This document shows positions 28,701-43,900 of a stretch of 64,000 bases of DNA, one piece after another. The notes beneath the pieces were generated by a model. It did no database searches and was not told where the DNA came from. It saw nothing but the letters and a program-made list of their open reading frames with translations. The translations under genes were made by a program, and so were the position numbers. Every line of letters begins with the position of its first letter. Position 1 is the first letter of the stretch. The DNA is from Laetmonice hystrix (Eukaryota), in contig OZ249436.1 of NCBI GenBank assembly GCA_965235115.1, forward strand, positions 25,050,001-25,114,000. Direction: 5' to 3'.

Positions 28701-31700
28701 TATCCATATACGCTGCAAGCGGCAGGAACTCGAATACAGGCCTAAAAGTAACCCCAGTCTAGCAATATCATACTCTCATGCCATATACGAGCTTGTAATT
28801 ATCTTTAATTAATGGGCTCCGCAGCACCAACCCACTGCATTAACATTTGTTTAACAGCTTAACGCACCTTGTAAAAAATTTTCAAGTGCGTAAAAATGCG
28901 TGTCCACCTCCACATACTTTAAAAATCACTATACCCACCCAGCGACATTCACTCTAATACACGCCTAAGAGGAACTTCACTGTCCCATTTGATTCTCCAG
29001 CACGTATAGGATGTTTCAAGTAACATTTATCCACGGTCTGGCCCAATAACGTGCAACAAGGCATAGTAAGTCAATGCGACCTCGCATGTCAAACCTAACC
29101 CGCCCCCCAGCACATGAGCTGGAGATATTCAAATAGCTTGAAAACTAGAATATAGCTTTGCTTAATACCATTATACCATCAACTCGCATTACAGGCCTAA
29201 TGCGAAGCTCCCAGCCTAAAACGAGTTTCCAATTAATTTAAAGTTAACAAGATGCACTAATAATCGATTCCAAGCCTAATTAGGCCATTGCTAGTTGGAT
29301 AACCAAATCTCATACAAAATACACCCTCCCGGCAGATGACCTGAGAATATTCAACTCTTATGTCCGATATATCCCTGTCCGCTTAGTAGCACCCAGCCGG
29401 GCCCCCATTTTGACATTGCAACACCAATACAGCAAGTGCCCAGCTAACAGCACAAATAACAGGATTCAGGGCTTCCTACCACGTTACAAGTCACAATAGA
29501 TTGCTGCCTGTCGTAAAAATATACCAGACCATTTTAAAAAGTCACAGAACCCCAATCCGGCCCTAATATGTCACTCCCAGTACCAATAGACGCTGGAAGC
29601 ACCATCAACTGAAATTCAGGCCTAGAACCCACCTCTCTCTACCAATATCATGCACCTAGTCCGTATACGAGGTTGTAATTTACTTTAATCAACGGGCTGC
29701 GCCGCAGCAACCCACTCTGGTCTTTGCAATCTTTTTCAATATGCGTTAACATTTGTGACCAGCTCAACGCGCCTTGTAAAATTTTTCAAAGTGCGTAAAA
29801 GTGTGTGTCCACCCCGACACGCTTTCCAAACCACTATACCCACCGAGCGACATCCACTCAAATACAGGCTTCGACCGATCCTCACTGTGCCAATAATCCG
29901 CCACAAGGCAAATTCAGTCAATGCAAGCTGGAAAATCGAATGTCAAACCTAATGCTCCCCCCCCCCCAGCACGTTAACTGAAAATAATCAACTAGCTTGA
30001 AAACTAGAATATAGCTTTGTTAAGCTAACAATCTACTCTCCCAGCGCCATCAACTCGCATACAGGCGTAAAAGCAAACGCACTGCCCCATATAATGCTCC
30101 CAGCCTAAAACGATGTTGCAATTAATTTAAAATTAACAAGATGCACTAGTAATCCGATCCAAGCCTAATTACGTCATTGCTAGTTTCATAACCAAATCTC
30201 ACAGAAAATACCCCACCCGCGCACATAACCTGAAAATATTCAACTTTTATCTCCAATGTATCCCTGTGCACCTAGTAGCACCCAAGCGGGCCCAATTTTG
30301 ACATTCCAACACAAATACCGCAAATACCCGCCTAATGGCACAAAAAACTTTCTACCCCGTTGCAAGTCACATTAGCTTGCTGCTTGTCGTAAAAAATGGT
30401 GCAGACCATTTCTAAAGTCACAGTACCCCACTCCCGGCCTAATATTACGTTTCAGTATCCATATACGCTGCAAGCGGCAGGAACTCGAATACAGGCCTAA
30501 AAGTAACCCCAGTCTAGCAATATCATACTCTCATGCCATATACGAGCTTGTAATTATCTTTAATTAATGGGCTCCGCAGCACCAACCCACTGCATTAACA
30601 TTTGTTTAACAGCTTAACGCACCTTGTAAAAAATTTTCAAGTGCGTAAAAATGCGTGTCCACCTCCACATACTTTAAACATCACTATACCCACCCAGCGA
30701 CATTCACTCTAATACACGCCTAAGAGGAACTTCACTGTCCCATTTGATTCTCCAGCACGTATAGGATGTTTCAAGTAACATTTATCCACGGTCTGGCCCA
30801 ATAACGTGCAACAAGGCATAGTAAGTCAATGCGACCTCGCATGTCAAACCTAACCCGCCCCCCAGCACATGAGCTGGAGATATTCAAATAGCTTGAAAAC
30901 TAGAATATAGCTTTGCTTAATACCATTATACCATCAACTCGCATTACAGGCCTAATGCGAAGCTCCCAGCCTAAAACGAGTTTCCAATTAATTTAAAGTT
31001 AACAAGATGCACTAATAATCGATTCCAAGCCTAATTAGGCCATTGCTAGTTGGATAACCAAATCTCATACAAAATACACCCTCCCGGCAGATGACCTGAG
31101 AATATTCAACTCTTATGTCCGATATATCCCTGTCCGCTTAGTAGCACCCAGCCGGGCCCCCATTTTGACATTGCAACACCAATACAGCAAGTGCCCAGCT
31201 AACAGCACAAATAACAGGATTCAGGGCTTCCTACCACGTTACAAGTCACAATAGATTGCTGCCTGTCGTAAAAATATACCAGACCATTTTAAAAAGTCAC
31301 AGAACCCCAATCCGGCCCTAATATGTCACTCCCAGTACCAATAGACGCTGGAAGCACCATCAACTGAAATTCAGGCCTAGAACCCACCTCTCTCTACCAA
31401 TATCATGCACCTAGTCCGTATACGAGGTTGTAATTTACTTTATTCAACGGGCTGCGCCGCAGCAACCCACTCTGGTCTTTGCAATCTTTTTCAATATGCG
31501 TTAACATTTGTGACCAGCTCAACGCGCCTTGTAAAATTTTTCAAAGTGCGTAAAAGTGTGTGTCCACCCCGACACGCTTTCCAAACCACTATACCCACCG
31601 AGCGACATCCACTCAAATACAGGCTTCGACCGATCCTCACTGTGCCAATAATCCGCCACAAGGCAAATTCAGTCAATGCAAGCTGGAAAATCGAATGTCA

Positions 31701-34700
31701 AACCTAATGCTCCCCCCCCCCAGCACGTTAACTGAAAAAAATCAACTAGCTTGAAAACTAGAATATAGCTTTGTTTAGCTAACAATCTACTCTCCCAGCG
31801 CCATCAACTCGCATACAGGCGTAAAAGCAAACGCACTGCCCCATATAATGCTCCCAGCCTAAGACGATGTTGCAATTAATTTAAGATTAACAAGATGCAC
31901 TAGTAATCCGATCCAAGCCTAATTACGTCATTGCTAGTTTCATAACCAAATCTCACAGAAAATACCCCACCCGCGCACATAACCTGAAAATATTCAACTT
32001 TTATCTCCAATGTATCCCTGTGCACCTAGTAGCACCCAAGCGGGCCCAATTTTGACATTCCAACACAAATACCGCAAATACCCGCCTAATGGCACAAAAA
32101 AACTTTCTACCCCGTTGCAAGTCACATTAGCTTGCTGCTTGTCGTAAAAAATGGTGCAGACCATTTCTAAAGTCACAGTACCCCACTCCCGGCCTAATAT
32201 TACGTTTCAGTATCCATATACGCTGCAAGCGGCAAGAACTCGAATACAGGCCTAAAAGTAACCCCAGTCTAGCAATATCATACTCTCATGCCATATACGA
32301 GCTTGTAATTATCTTTAATTAATGGGCTCCGCAGCACCAACCCACTGCATTAACATTTGTTTAACAGCTTGACGCACCTTGTAAAAAATTTTCAAGTGCG
32401 TAAAAATGCGTGTCCACCTCCACATACTTTAAAAATCACTATACCCACCCAGCGACATTCACTCTAATACACGCCTAAGAGGAACTTCACTGTCCCATTT
32501 GATTCTCCAGCACGTATAGGATGTTTCAAGTAACATTCATCCACGGTCTGGCCCAATAACGTGCAACAAGGCATAGTAAGTCAATGCGAGCTTGCATGTC
32601 AAACCTAACCCGCCCCCCAGCACATGAGCTGAAAATATTCAAATAGCTTGAAAACTAGAATATAGCTTTGCTTAATACCATTATACCATCAACTCGCATT
32701 ACAGGCCTAATGCGAAGCTCCCAGCCTAAAACGAGTTTCCAATTAATTTAAAGTTAACAAGATGCACTAATAATCGATTCCAAGCCTAATTAGGCCATTG
32801 CTAGTTGGATAACCAAATCTCATACAAAATACACCCTCCCGGCAGATGACCTGAGAATATTCAACTCTTATGTCCGATATATCCCTGTCCGCTTTGTAGC
32901 ACCCAGCCGGGCCCCCATTTTGACATTGCAACACCAATACAGCAAGTGCCCAGCTAACAGCACAAATAACAGGATTCAGGGCTTCCTACCACGTTACAAG
33001 TCACAATAGATTGCTGCCTGTCGTAAAAATATACCAGACCATTTTAAAAAGTCACAGAACCCCAATCCGGCCCTAATATGTCACTCCCAGTACCAATACA
33101 CTCTGGAAGCACCATCAACTGAAATTCAGGCCTAGAACCCACCTCTCTCTACCAATATCATGCACCTAGTCCGTATACGAGGTTGTAATTTACTTTAATC
33201 AACGGGCTGCGCCGCAGCAACCCACTCTGGTCTTTGCAATCTTTTTCAATATGCGTTAACATTTGTAACCAGCTCAACGCGCCTTGTAAAATTTTTCAAA
33301 GTGCGTAAAAGTGTGTGTCCACCCCGACACGCTTTCCAAACCACTATACCCACCGAGCGACATCCACTCAAATACAGGCTTCGACCGATCCTCACTGTGC
33401 CAATAATCCGCCACAAGGCAAATTCAGTCAATGCAAGCTGGAAAATCGAATGTCAAACCTAATACTCCCCCCCCCAGCACGTTAACTGAAAATAATCAAC
33501 TAGCTTGAAAACTAGAATATAGCTTTGTTTAGCTAACAATCTACTCTCCCAGCGCCATCAACTCGCATACAGGCGTAAAAGCAAACGCACTGCCCCATAT
33601 AATGCTCCCAGCCTAAAACGATGTTGCAATTAATTTAAAATTAACAAGATGCACTAGTAATCCGATCCAAGCTTAATTACGTCATTGCTAGTTTCATAAC
33701 CAAATCTCACAGAAAATACCCCACCCGGGCACATAACCTGAAAATATTCAACTTTTATCTCCAATGTATCCCTGTGCACCTAGTAGCACCCAAGCGGGCC
33801 CAATTTTGACATCCCAACACAAATACCGCAAATACCCGCCTAATGGCACAAAAAACTTTCTACCCCGTTGCAAGTCACATTAGCGTGCTGCTTGTCGTAA
33901 AAAATGGTGCAGACCATTTCTAAAGTCACAGTACCCCACTCCCGGCCTAATATTACGTTTCAGTATCCATATACGCTGCAAGCGGCAGGAACTCGAATAC
34001 AGGCCTAAAAGTAACCTCAGTCTAGCAATATCATACTCCCATGCCATATACGAGCTTGTAATTATCTTTAATTAATGGGCTCCGCAGCACCAACCCACTG
34101 CATTAACATTTGTTTAACAGCTTAACACACCTTGTAAAATTTTTTCAAGTGCGTAAAAATGCGTGTCCACCTCCACATACTTTAAAAATCACTATACCCA
34201 CCCAGCGACATCCACTCTAATACACGCCTAAAAGGAACTTCACTGTCCCATTTGATTCTCCAGCACGTATAGGATGTTTCAAGTAACATTCATCCACGGT
34301 CTGGCCCAATAACGTGCAACAAGGCATAGTAAGTCAATGCGAGCTCGCATGTCAAACCTAACCCGCCCCCAAGCACATGAGCTGAAAATATTCAAATAGC
34401 TTGAAAACTAGAATATAGCTTTGCTTAATACCATTATACCATCAACTCGCATTACAGGCCTAATGCGAAGCTCCCAGCCTAAAACGAGTTTCCAATTAAT
34501 TTAAAGTTAACAAGATGCACTAATAATCGATTCCAAGCCTAATTAGGCCATTGCTAGTTGGATAACCAAATCTCATACAAAATACACCCTCCCGGCAGAT
34601 GACCTGAGAATATTCAACTCTTATGTCCGATATATCCCTGTCCGCTTAGTAGCACCCAGCCGGGCCCCCATTTTGACATTGCAACACCAATACAGCAAGT

Positions 34701-37700
34701 GCCCAGCTAACAGCACATATAACAGGATTCAGGGCTTCCTACCACGTTACAAGTCACAATAGATTGCTGCCTGTCGTAAAAATATACCAGACCATTTTAA
34801 AAAGTCACAGAACCCCAATCCGGCCCTAATATGTCACTCCCAGTACCAATAGACGCTGGAAGCACCATCAACTGAAATTCAGGCCTAGAACCCACCTCTC
34901 TCTACCAATATCATGCACCTAGTCCGTATACGAGGTTGTAATTTCCTTTAATCAACGGGCTGCGCCGCAGCAACCCACTCTGGTCTTTGCAATCTTTTTC
35001 AATATGCGTTAACATTTGTGACCAGCTCAACGCGCCTTGTAAAATTTTTCAAAGTGCGTAAAAGTGTGTGTCCACCCCGACACGCTTTCCAAACCACTAT
35101 ACCCACCGAGCGACATCCACTCAAATACAGGCTTCGACCGATCCTCACTGTGCCAATAATCCGCCACAAGGCAAATTCAGTCAATGCAAGCTGGAAAATC
35201 GAATGTCAAACCTAATGCTCCCCCCCCAGCACGTTAACTGAAAAAAATCAACTAGCTTGAAAACTAGAATATAGCTTTGTTTAGCTAACAATCTACTCTC
35301 CCAGCGCCATCAACTCGCATACAGGCGTAAAAGCAAACGCACTGCCCCATATAATGCTCCCAGCATAAAACGATGTTGCAATTAATTTAAAATTAACAAG
35401 ATGCACTAGTAATCCGATCCAAGCTTAATTACGTCATTGCTAGTTTCATAACCAAATCTCACAGAAAATACCCCACCCGGGCACATAACCTGAAAATATT
35501 CAACTTTTATCTCCAATGTATCCCTGTGCACCTAGTAGCACCCAAGCGGGCCCAATTTTGACATTCCAACACAAATACCGCAAATACCCGCCTAATGGCA
35601 CAAAAAACTTTCTACCCCGTTGCAAGTCACATTAGCTTGCTGCTTGTCGTAAAAAATGGTGCAGACCATTTCTAAAGTCACAGTACCCCACTCCCGGCCT
35701 AATATTACGTTTCAGTATCCATATACGCTGCAAGCGGCAGGAACTCGAATACAGGCCTAAAAGTAACCCCAGTCTAGCAATATCATACTCTCATGCCATA
35801 TACGAGCTTGTAATTATCTTTAATTAATGGGCTCCGCAGCACCAACCCACTGCATTAACATTTGTTTAACAGCTTAACGCACCTTGTAAAAAAATTTTCA
35901 AGTGCGTAAAAATGCGTGTCCACCTCCACATACTTTAAAAATCACTATACCCACCCAGCGACATTCACTCTAATACACGCCTAAGAGGAACTTCACTGTC
36001 CCATTTGATTCTCCAGCACGTATAGGATGTTTCAAGTAACATTTATCCACGGTCTGGCCCAATAACGTGCAACAAGGCATAGTAAGTCAATGCGACCTCG
36101 CATGTCAAACCTAACCCGCCCCCCAGCACATGAGCTGGAGATATTCAAATAGCTTGAAAACTAGAATATAGCTTTGCTTAATACCATTATACCATCAACT
36201 CGCATTACAGGCCTAATGCGAAGCTCCCAGCCTAAAACGAGTTTCCAATTAATTTAAAGTTAACAAGATGCACTAATAATCGATTCCAAGCCTAATTAGG
36301 CCATTGCTAGTTGGATAACCAAATCTCATACAAAATACACCCTCCCGGCAGATGACCTGAGAATATTCAACTCTTATGTCCGATATATCCCTGTCCGCTT
36401 AGTAGCACCCAGCCGGGCCCCCATTTTGACATTGCAACACCAATACAGCAAGTGCCCAGCTAACAGCACAAATAACAGGATTCAGGGCTTCCTACCACGT
36501 TACAAGTCACAATAGATTGCTGCCTGTCGTAAAAATATACCAGACCATTTTAAAAAGTCACAGAACCCCAATCCGGCCCTAATATGTCACTCCCAGTACC
36601 AATACACGCTGGAAGCACCATCAACTGAAATTCAGGCCTAGAACCCACCTCTCTCTACCAATATCATGCACCTAGTCCGTATACGAGGTTGTAATTTACT
36701 TTAATCAACGGGCTGCGCCGCAGCAACCCACTCTGGTCTTTGCAATCTTTTTCAATATGCGTTAACATTTGTGACCAGCTCAACGCGCCTTGTAAAATTT
36801 TTCAAAGTGCGTAAAAGTGTGTGTCCACCCCGACACGCTTTCCAAACCACTATACCCACCGAGCGACATCCACTCAAATACAGGCTTCGACCGATCCTCA
36901 CTGTGCCAATAATCCGCCACAAGGCAAATTCAGTCAATGCAAGCTGGAAAATCGAATGTCAAACCTAATGCTCCCCCCCCCCAGCACGTTAACTGAAAAT
37001 AATCAACTAGCTTGAAAACTAGAATATAGCTTTGTTAAGCTAACAATCTACTCTCCCAGCGCCATCAACTCGCATACAGGCGTAAAAGCAAACGCACTGC
37101 CCCATATAATGCTCCCAGCCTAAAACGATGTTGCAATTAATTTAAAATTAACAAGATGCACTAGTAATCCGATCCAAGCCTAATTACGTCATTGCTAGTT
37201 TCATAACCAAATCTCACAGAAAATACCCCACCCGCGCACATAACCTGAAAATATTCAACTTTTATCTCCAATGTATCCCTGTGCACCTAGTAGCACCCAA
37301 GCGGGCCCAATTTTGACATTCCAACACAAATACCGCAAATACCCGCCTAATGGCACAAAAAACTTTCTACCCCGTTGCAAGTCACATTAGCTTGCTGCTT
37401 GTCGTAAAAAATGGTGCAGACCATTTCTAAAGTCACAGTACCCCACTCCCGGCCTAATATTACGTTTCAGTATCCATATACGCTGCAAGCGGCAGGAACT
37501 CGAATACAGGCCTAAAAGTAACCCCAGTCTAGCAATATCATACTCTCATGCCATATACGAGCTTGTAATTATCTTTAATTAATGGGCTCCGCAGCACCAA
37601 CCCACTGCATTAACATTTGTTTAACAGCTTAACGCACCTTGTAAAAAATTTTCAAGTGCGTAAAAATGCGTGTCCACCTCCACATACTTTAAACATCACT

Positions 37701-40700
37701 ATACCCACCCAGCGACATTCACTCTAATACACGCCTAAGAGGAACTTCACTGTCCCATTTGATTCTCCAGCACGTATAGGATGTTTCAAGTAACATTTAT
37801 CCACGGTCTGGCCCAATAACGTGCAACAAGGCATAGTAAGTCAATGCGACCTCGCATGTCAAACCTAACCCGCCCCCCAGCACATGAGCTGGAGATATTC
37901 AAATAGCTTGAAAACTAGAATATAGCTTTGCTTAATACCATTATACCATCAACTCGCATTACAGGCCTAATGCGAAGCTCCCAGCCTAAAACGAGTTTCC
38001 AATTAATTTAAAGTTAACAAGATGCACTAATAATCGATTCCAAGCCTAATTAGGCCATTGCTAGTTGGATAACCAAATCTCATACAAAATACACCCTCCC
38101 GGCAGATGACCTGAGAATATTCAACTCTTATGTCCGATATATCCCTGTCCGCTTAGTAGCACCCAGCCGGGCCCCCATTTTGACATTGCAACACCAATAC
38201 AGCAAGTGCCCAGCTAACAGCACAAATAACAGGATTCAGGGCTTCCTACCACGTTACAAGTCACAATAGATTGCTGCCTGTCGTAAAAATATACCAGACC
38301 ATTTTAAAAAGTCACAGAACCCCAATCCGGCCCTAATATGTCACTCCCAGTACCAATAGACGCTGGAAGCACCATCAACTGAAATTCAGGCCTAGAACCC
38401 ACCTCTCTCTACCAATATCATGCACCTAGTCCGTATACGAGGTTGTAATTTACTTTAATCAACGGGCTGCGCCGCAGCAACCCACTCTGGTCTTTGCAAT
38501 CTTTTTCAATATGCGTTAACATTTGTGACCAGCTCAACGCGCCTTGTAAAATTTTTCAAAGTGCGTAAAAGTGTGTGTCCACCCCGACACGCTTTCCAAA
38601 CCACTATACCCACCGAGCGACATCCACTCAAATACAGGCTTCGACCGATCCTCACTGTGCCAATAATCCGCCACAAGGCAAATTCAGTCAATGCAAGCTG
38701 GAAAATCGAATGTCAAACCTAATGCTCCCCCCCCCAGCACGTTAACTGAAAAAAATCAACTAGCTTGAAAACTAGAATATAGCTTTGTTTAGCTAACAAT
38801 CTACTCTCCCAGCGCCATCAACTCGCATACAGGCGTAAAAGCAAACGCACTGCCCCATATAATGCTCCCAGCCTAAGACGATGTTGCAATTAATTTAAGA
38901 TTAACAAGATGCACTAGTAATCCGATCCAAGCCTAATTACGTCATTGCTAGTTTCATAACCAAATCTCACAGAAAATACCCCACCCGCGCACATAACCTG
39001 AAAATATTTAACTTTTATCTCCAATGTATCCCTGTGCACCTAGTAGCACACAAGCGGGCCCAATTTTGACATCCCAACACAAATACCGCAAATACCCGCC
39101 TAATGGCACAAAAAACTTTCTACCCCGTTGCAAGTCACATTAGCGTGCTGCTTGTCGTAAAAAATGGTGCAGACCATTTCTAAAGTCACAGTACCCCACT
39201 CCCGGCCTAATATTACGTTTCAGTATCCATATACGCTGCAAGCGGCAGGAACTCGAATACAGGCCTAAAAGTAACCCCAGTCTAGCAATATCATACTCTC
39301 ATGCCATATACGAGCTTGTAATTATCTTTAATTAATGGGCTCCGCAGCACCAACCCACTGCATTAACATTTGTTTAACAGCTTAACGCACCTTGTAAAAA
39401 ATTTTCAAGTGCGTAAAAATGCGTGTCCACCTCCACATACTTTAAAAATCACTATACCCACCCAGCGACATTCACTCTAATACACGCCTAAGAGGAACTT
39501 CACTGTCCCATTTGATTCTCCAGCACGTATAGGATGTTTCAAGTAACATTTATCCACGGTCTGGCCCAATAACGTGCAACAAGGCATAGTAAGTCAATGC
39601 GACCTCGCATGTCAAACCTAACCCGCCCCCCAGCACATGAGCTGGAGATATTCAAATAGCTTGAAAACTAGAATATAGCTTTGCTTAATACCATTATACC
39701 ATCAACTCGCATTACAGGCCTAATGCGAAGCTCCCAGCCTAAAACGAGTTTCCAATTAATTTAAAGTTAACAAGATGCACTAATAATCGATTCCAAGCCT
39801 AATTAGGCCATTGCTAGTTGGATAACCAAATCTCATACAAAATACACCCTCCCGGCAGATGACCTGAGAATATTCAACTCTTATGTCCGATATATCCCTG
39901 TCCGCTTAGTAGCACCCAGCCGGGCCCCCATTTTGACATTGCAACACCAATACAGCAAGTGCCCAGCTAACAGCACAAATAACAGGATTCAGGGCTTCCT
40001 ACCACGTTACAAGTCACAATAGATTGCTGCCTGTCGTAAAAATATACCAGACCATTTTAAAAAGTCACAGAACCCCAATCCGGCCCTAATATGTCACTCC
40101 CAGTACCAATAGACGCTGGAAGCACCATCAACTGAAATTCAGGCCTAGAACCCACCTCTCTCTACCAATATCATGCACCTAGTCCGTATACGAGGTTGTA
40201 ATTTACTTTAATCAACGGGCTGCGCCGCAGCAACCCACTCTGGTCTTTGCAATCTTTTTCAATATGCGTTAACATTTGTGACCAGCTCAACGCGCCTTGT
40301 AAAATTTTTCAAAGTGCGTAAAAGTGTGTGTCCACCCCGACACGCTTTCCAAACCACTATACCCACCGAGCGACATCCACTCAAATACAGGCTTCGACCG
40401 ATCCTCACTGTGCCAATAATCCGCCACAAGGCAAATTCAGTCAATGCAAGCTGGAAAATCGAATGTCAAACCTAATGCTCCCCCCCCCCCAGCACGTTAA
40501 CTGAAAATAATCAACTAGCTTGAAAACTAGAATATAGCTTTGTTAAGCTAACAATCTACTCTCCCAGCGCCATCAACTCGCATACAGGCGTAAAAGCAAA
40601 CGCACTGCCCCATATAATGCTCCCAGCCTAAAACGATGTTGCAATTAATTTAAAATTAACAAGATGCACTAGTAATCCGATCCAAGCCTAATTACGTCAT

Positions 40701-43700
40701 TGCTAGTTTCATAACCAAATCTCACAGAAAATACCCCACCCGCGCACATAACCTGAAAATATTTAACTTTTATCTCCAATGTATCCCTGTGCACCTAGTA
40801 GCACACAAGCGGGCCCAATTTTGACATCCCAACACAAATACCGCAAATACCCGCCTAATGGCACAAAAAACTTTCTACCCCGTTGCAAGTCACATTAGCG
40901 TGCTGCTTGTCGTAAAAAATGGTGCAGACCATTTCTAAAGTCACAGTACCCCACTCCCGGCCTAATATTACGTTTCAGTATCCATATACGCTGCAAGCGG
41001 CAGGAACTCGAATACAGGCCTAAAAGTAACCTCAGTCTAGCAATATCATCCTCCCATGCCATATACGAGCTTGTAATTATCTTTAATTAATGGGCTCCGC
41101 AGCACCAACCCACTGCATTAACATTTGTTTAACAGCTTAACGCACCTTGTAAAATTTTTTCAAGTGCGTAAAAATGCGTGTCCACCTCCACATACTTTAA
41201 AAATCACTATACCCACCCAGCGACATCCACTCTAATACACGCCTAAAAGGAACTTCACTGTCCCATTTGATTCTCCAGCACGTATAGGATGTTTCAAGTA
41301 ACATTCATCCACGGTCTGGCCCAATAACGTGCAGCAAGGCATAGTAAGTCAATGCGAGCTCGCATGTCAAACCTAACCCGCCCCCAAGCACATGAGCTGA
41401 AAATATTCAAATAGCTTGAAAACTAGAATATAGCTTTGCTTAATACCATTATACCATCAACTCGCATTACAGGCCTAATGCGAAGCTCCCAGCCTAAAAC
41501 GAGTTTCCAATTAATTTAAAGTTAACAAGATGCACTAATAATCGATTCCAAGCCTAATTAGGCCATTGCTAGTTGGATAACCAAATCTCATACAAAATAC
41601 ACCCTCCCGGCAGATGACCTGAGAATATTCAACTCTTATGTCCGATATATCCCTGTCCGCTTAGTAGCACCCAGCCGGGCCCCCATTTTGACATTGCAAC
41701 ACCAATACAGCAAGTGCCCAGCTAACAGCACAAATAACAGGATTCAGGGCTTCCTACCACGTTACAAGTCACAATAGATTGCTGCCTGTCGTAAAAATAT
41801 ACCAGACCATTTTAAAAAGTCACAGAACCCCAATCCGGCCCTAATATGTCACTCCCAGTACCAATACACGCTGGAAGCACCATCAACTGAAATTCAGGCC
41901 TAGAACCCACCTCTCTCTACCAATATCATGCACCTAGTCCGTATACGAGGTTGTAATTTACTTTAATCAACGGGCTGCGCCGCAGCAACCCACTCTGGTC
42001 TTTGCAATCTTTTTCAATATGCGTTAACATTTGTGACCAGCTCAACGCGCCTTGTAAAATTTTTCAAAGTGCGTAAAAGTGTGTGTCCACCCCGACACGC
42101 TTTCCAAACCACTATACCCACCGAGCGACATCCACTCAAATACAGGCTTCGACCGATCCTCACTGTGCCAATAATCCGCCACAAGGCAAATTCAGTCAAT
42201 GCAAGCTGGAAAATCGAATGTCAAACCTAATGCTCCCCCCCCAGCACGTTAACTGAAAAAAATCAACTAGCTTGAAAACTAGAATATAGCTTTGTTTAGC
42301 TAACAATCTACTCTCCCAGCGCCATCAACTCGCATACAGGCGTAAAAGCAAACGCACTGCCCCATATAATGCTCCCAGCCTAAGACGATGTTGCAATTAA
42401 TTTAAGATTAACAAGATGCACTAGTAATCCGATCCAAGCCTAATTACGTCATTGCTAGTTTCATAACCAAATCTCACAGAAAATACCCCACCCGCGCACA
42501 TAACCTGAAAATATTCAACTTTTATCTCCAATGTATCCCTGTGCACCTAGTAGCACCCAAGCGGGCCCAATTTTGACATTCCAACACAAATACCGCAAAT
42601 ACCCGCCTAATGGCACAAAAAAACTTTCTACCCCGTTGCAAGTCACATTAGCTTGCTGCTTGTCGTAAAAAATGGTGCAGACCATTTCTAAAGTCACAGT
42701 ACCCCACTCCCGGCCTAATATTACGTTTCAGTATCCATATACGCTGCAAGCGGCAAGAACTCGAATACAGGCCTAAAAGTAACCCCAGTCTAGCAATATC
42801 ATACTCTCATGCCATATACGAGCTTGTAATTATCTTTAATTAATGGGCTCCGCAGCACCAACCCACTGCATTAACATTTGTTTAACAGCTTGACGCACCT
42901 TGTAAAAAATTTTCAAGTGCGTAAAAATGCGTGTCCACCTCCACATACTTTAAAAATCACTATACCCACCCAGCGACATTCACTCTAATACACGCCTAAG
43001 AGGAACTTCACTGTCCCATTTGATTCTCCAGCACGTATAGGATGTTTCAAGTAACATTCATCCACGGTCTGGCCCAATAACGTGCAACAAGGCATAGTAA
43101 GTCAATGCGAGCTCGCATGTCAAACCTAACCCGCCCCCCAGCACATGAGCTGAAAATATTCAAATAGCTTGAAAACTAGAATATAGCTTTGCTTAATACC
43201 ATTATACCATCAACTCGCATTACAGGCCTAATGCGAAGCTCCCAGCCTAAAACGAGTTTCCAATTAATTTAAAGTTAACAAGATGCACTAATAATCGATT
43301 CCAAGCCTAATTAGGCCATTGCTAGTTGGATGACCAAATCTCATACAAAATACACCCTCCCGGCAGATGACCTGAGAATATTCAACTCTTATGTCCGATA
43401 TATCCCTGTCCGCTTTGTAGCACCCAGCCGGGCCCCCATTTTGACATTGCAACACCAATACAGCAAGTGCCCAGCTAACAGCACAAATAACAGGATTCAG
43501 GGCTTCCTACCACGTTACAAGTCACAATAGATTGCTGCCTGTCGTAAAAATATACCAGACCATTTTAAAAAGTCACAGAACCCCAATCCGGCCCTAATAT
43601 GTCACTCCCAGTACCAATACACTCTGGAAGCACCATCAACTGAAATTCAGGCCTAGAACCCACCTCTCTCTACCAATATCATGCACCTAGTCCGTATACG
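1..43700. repeat. Tandem satellite array, ~1753-bp unit, ~24.9 near-identical head-to-tail copies, truncated by the window start and the assembly gap
   Basis: Identical motifs and identical spurious ORFs recur every 1751-1756 bp (1689, 3442, 5196, 6949 ... 42014). Units differ only by scattered SNPs and poly-C length. The + strand is C/A-rich and G-poor. Confidence 0.99.
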
Positions 43701-43900
43701 NNNNNNNNNNNNNNNNNNNNNNNNNNNNNNNNNNNNNNNNNNNNNNNNNNNNNNNNNNNNNNNNNNNNNNNNNNNNNNNNNNNNNNNNNNNNNNNNNNNN
43801 NNNNNNNNNNNNNNNNNNNNNNNNNNNNNNNNNNNNNNNNNNNNNNNNNNNNNNNNNNNNNNNNNNNNNNNNNNNNNNNNNNNNNNNNNNNNNNNNNNNN
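43701..43900. other. Assembly gap (200 N)
   Basis: Exactly 200 consecutive N. The round size suggests a scaffolding placeholder of unknown true length. Confidence 0.99.

Noticed and set aside
1..43700. Satellite unit as a tandem 5S rRNA, snRNA, SL RNA or histone gene repeat
   Set aside because: No such gene was recognised by eye on either strand. An Rfam/Infernal scan of the consensus would be needed to exclude it fully.
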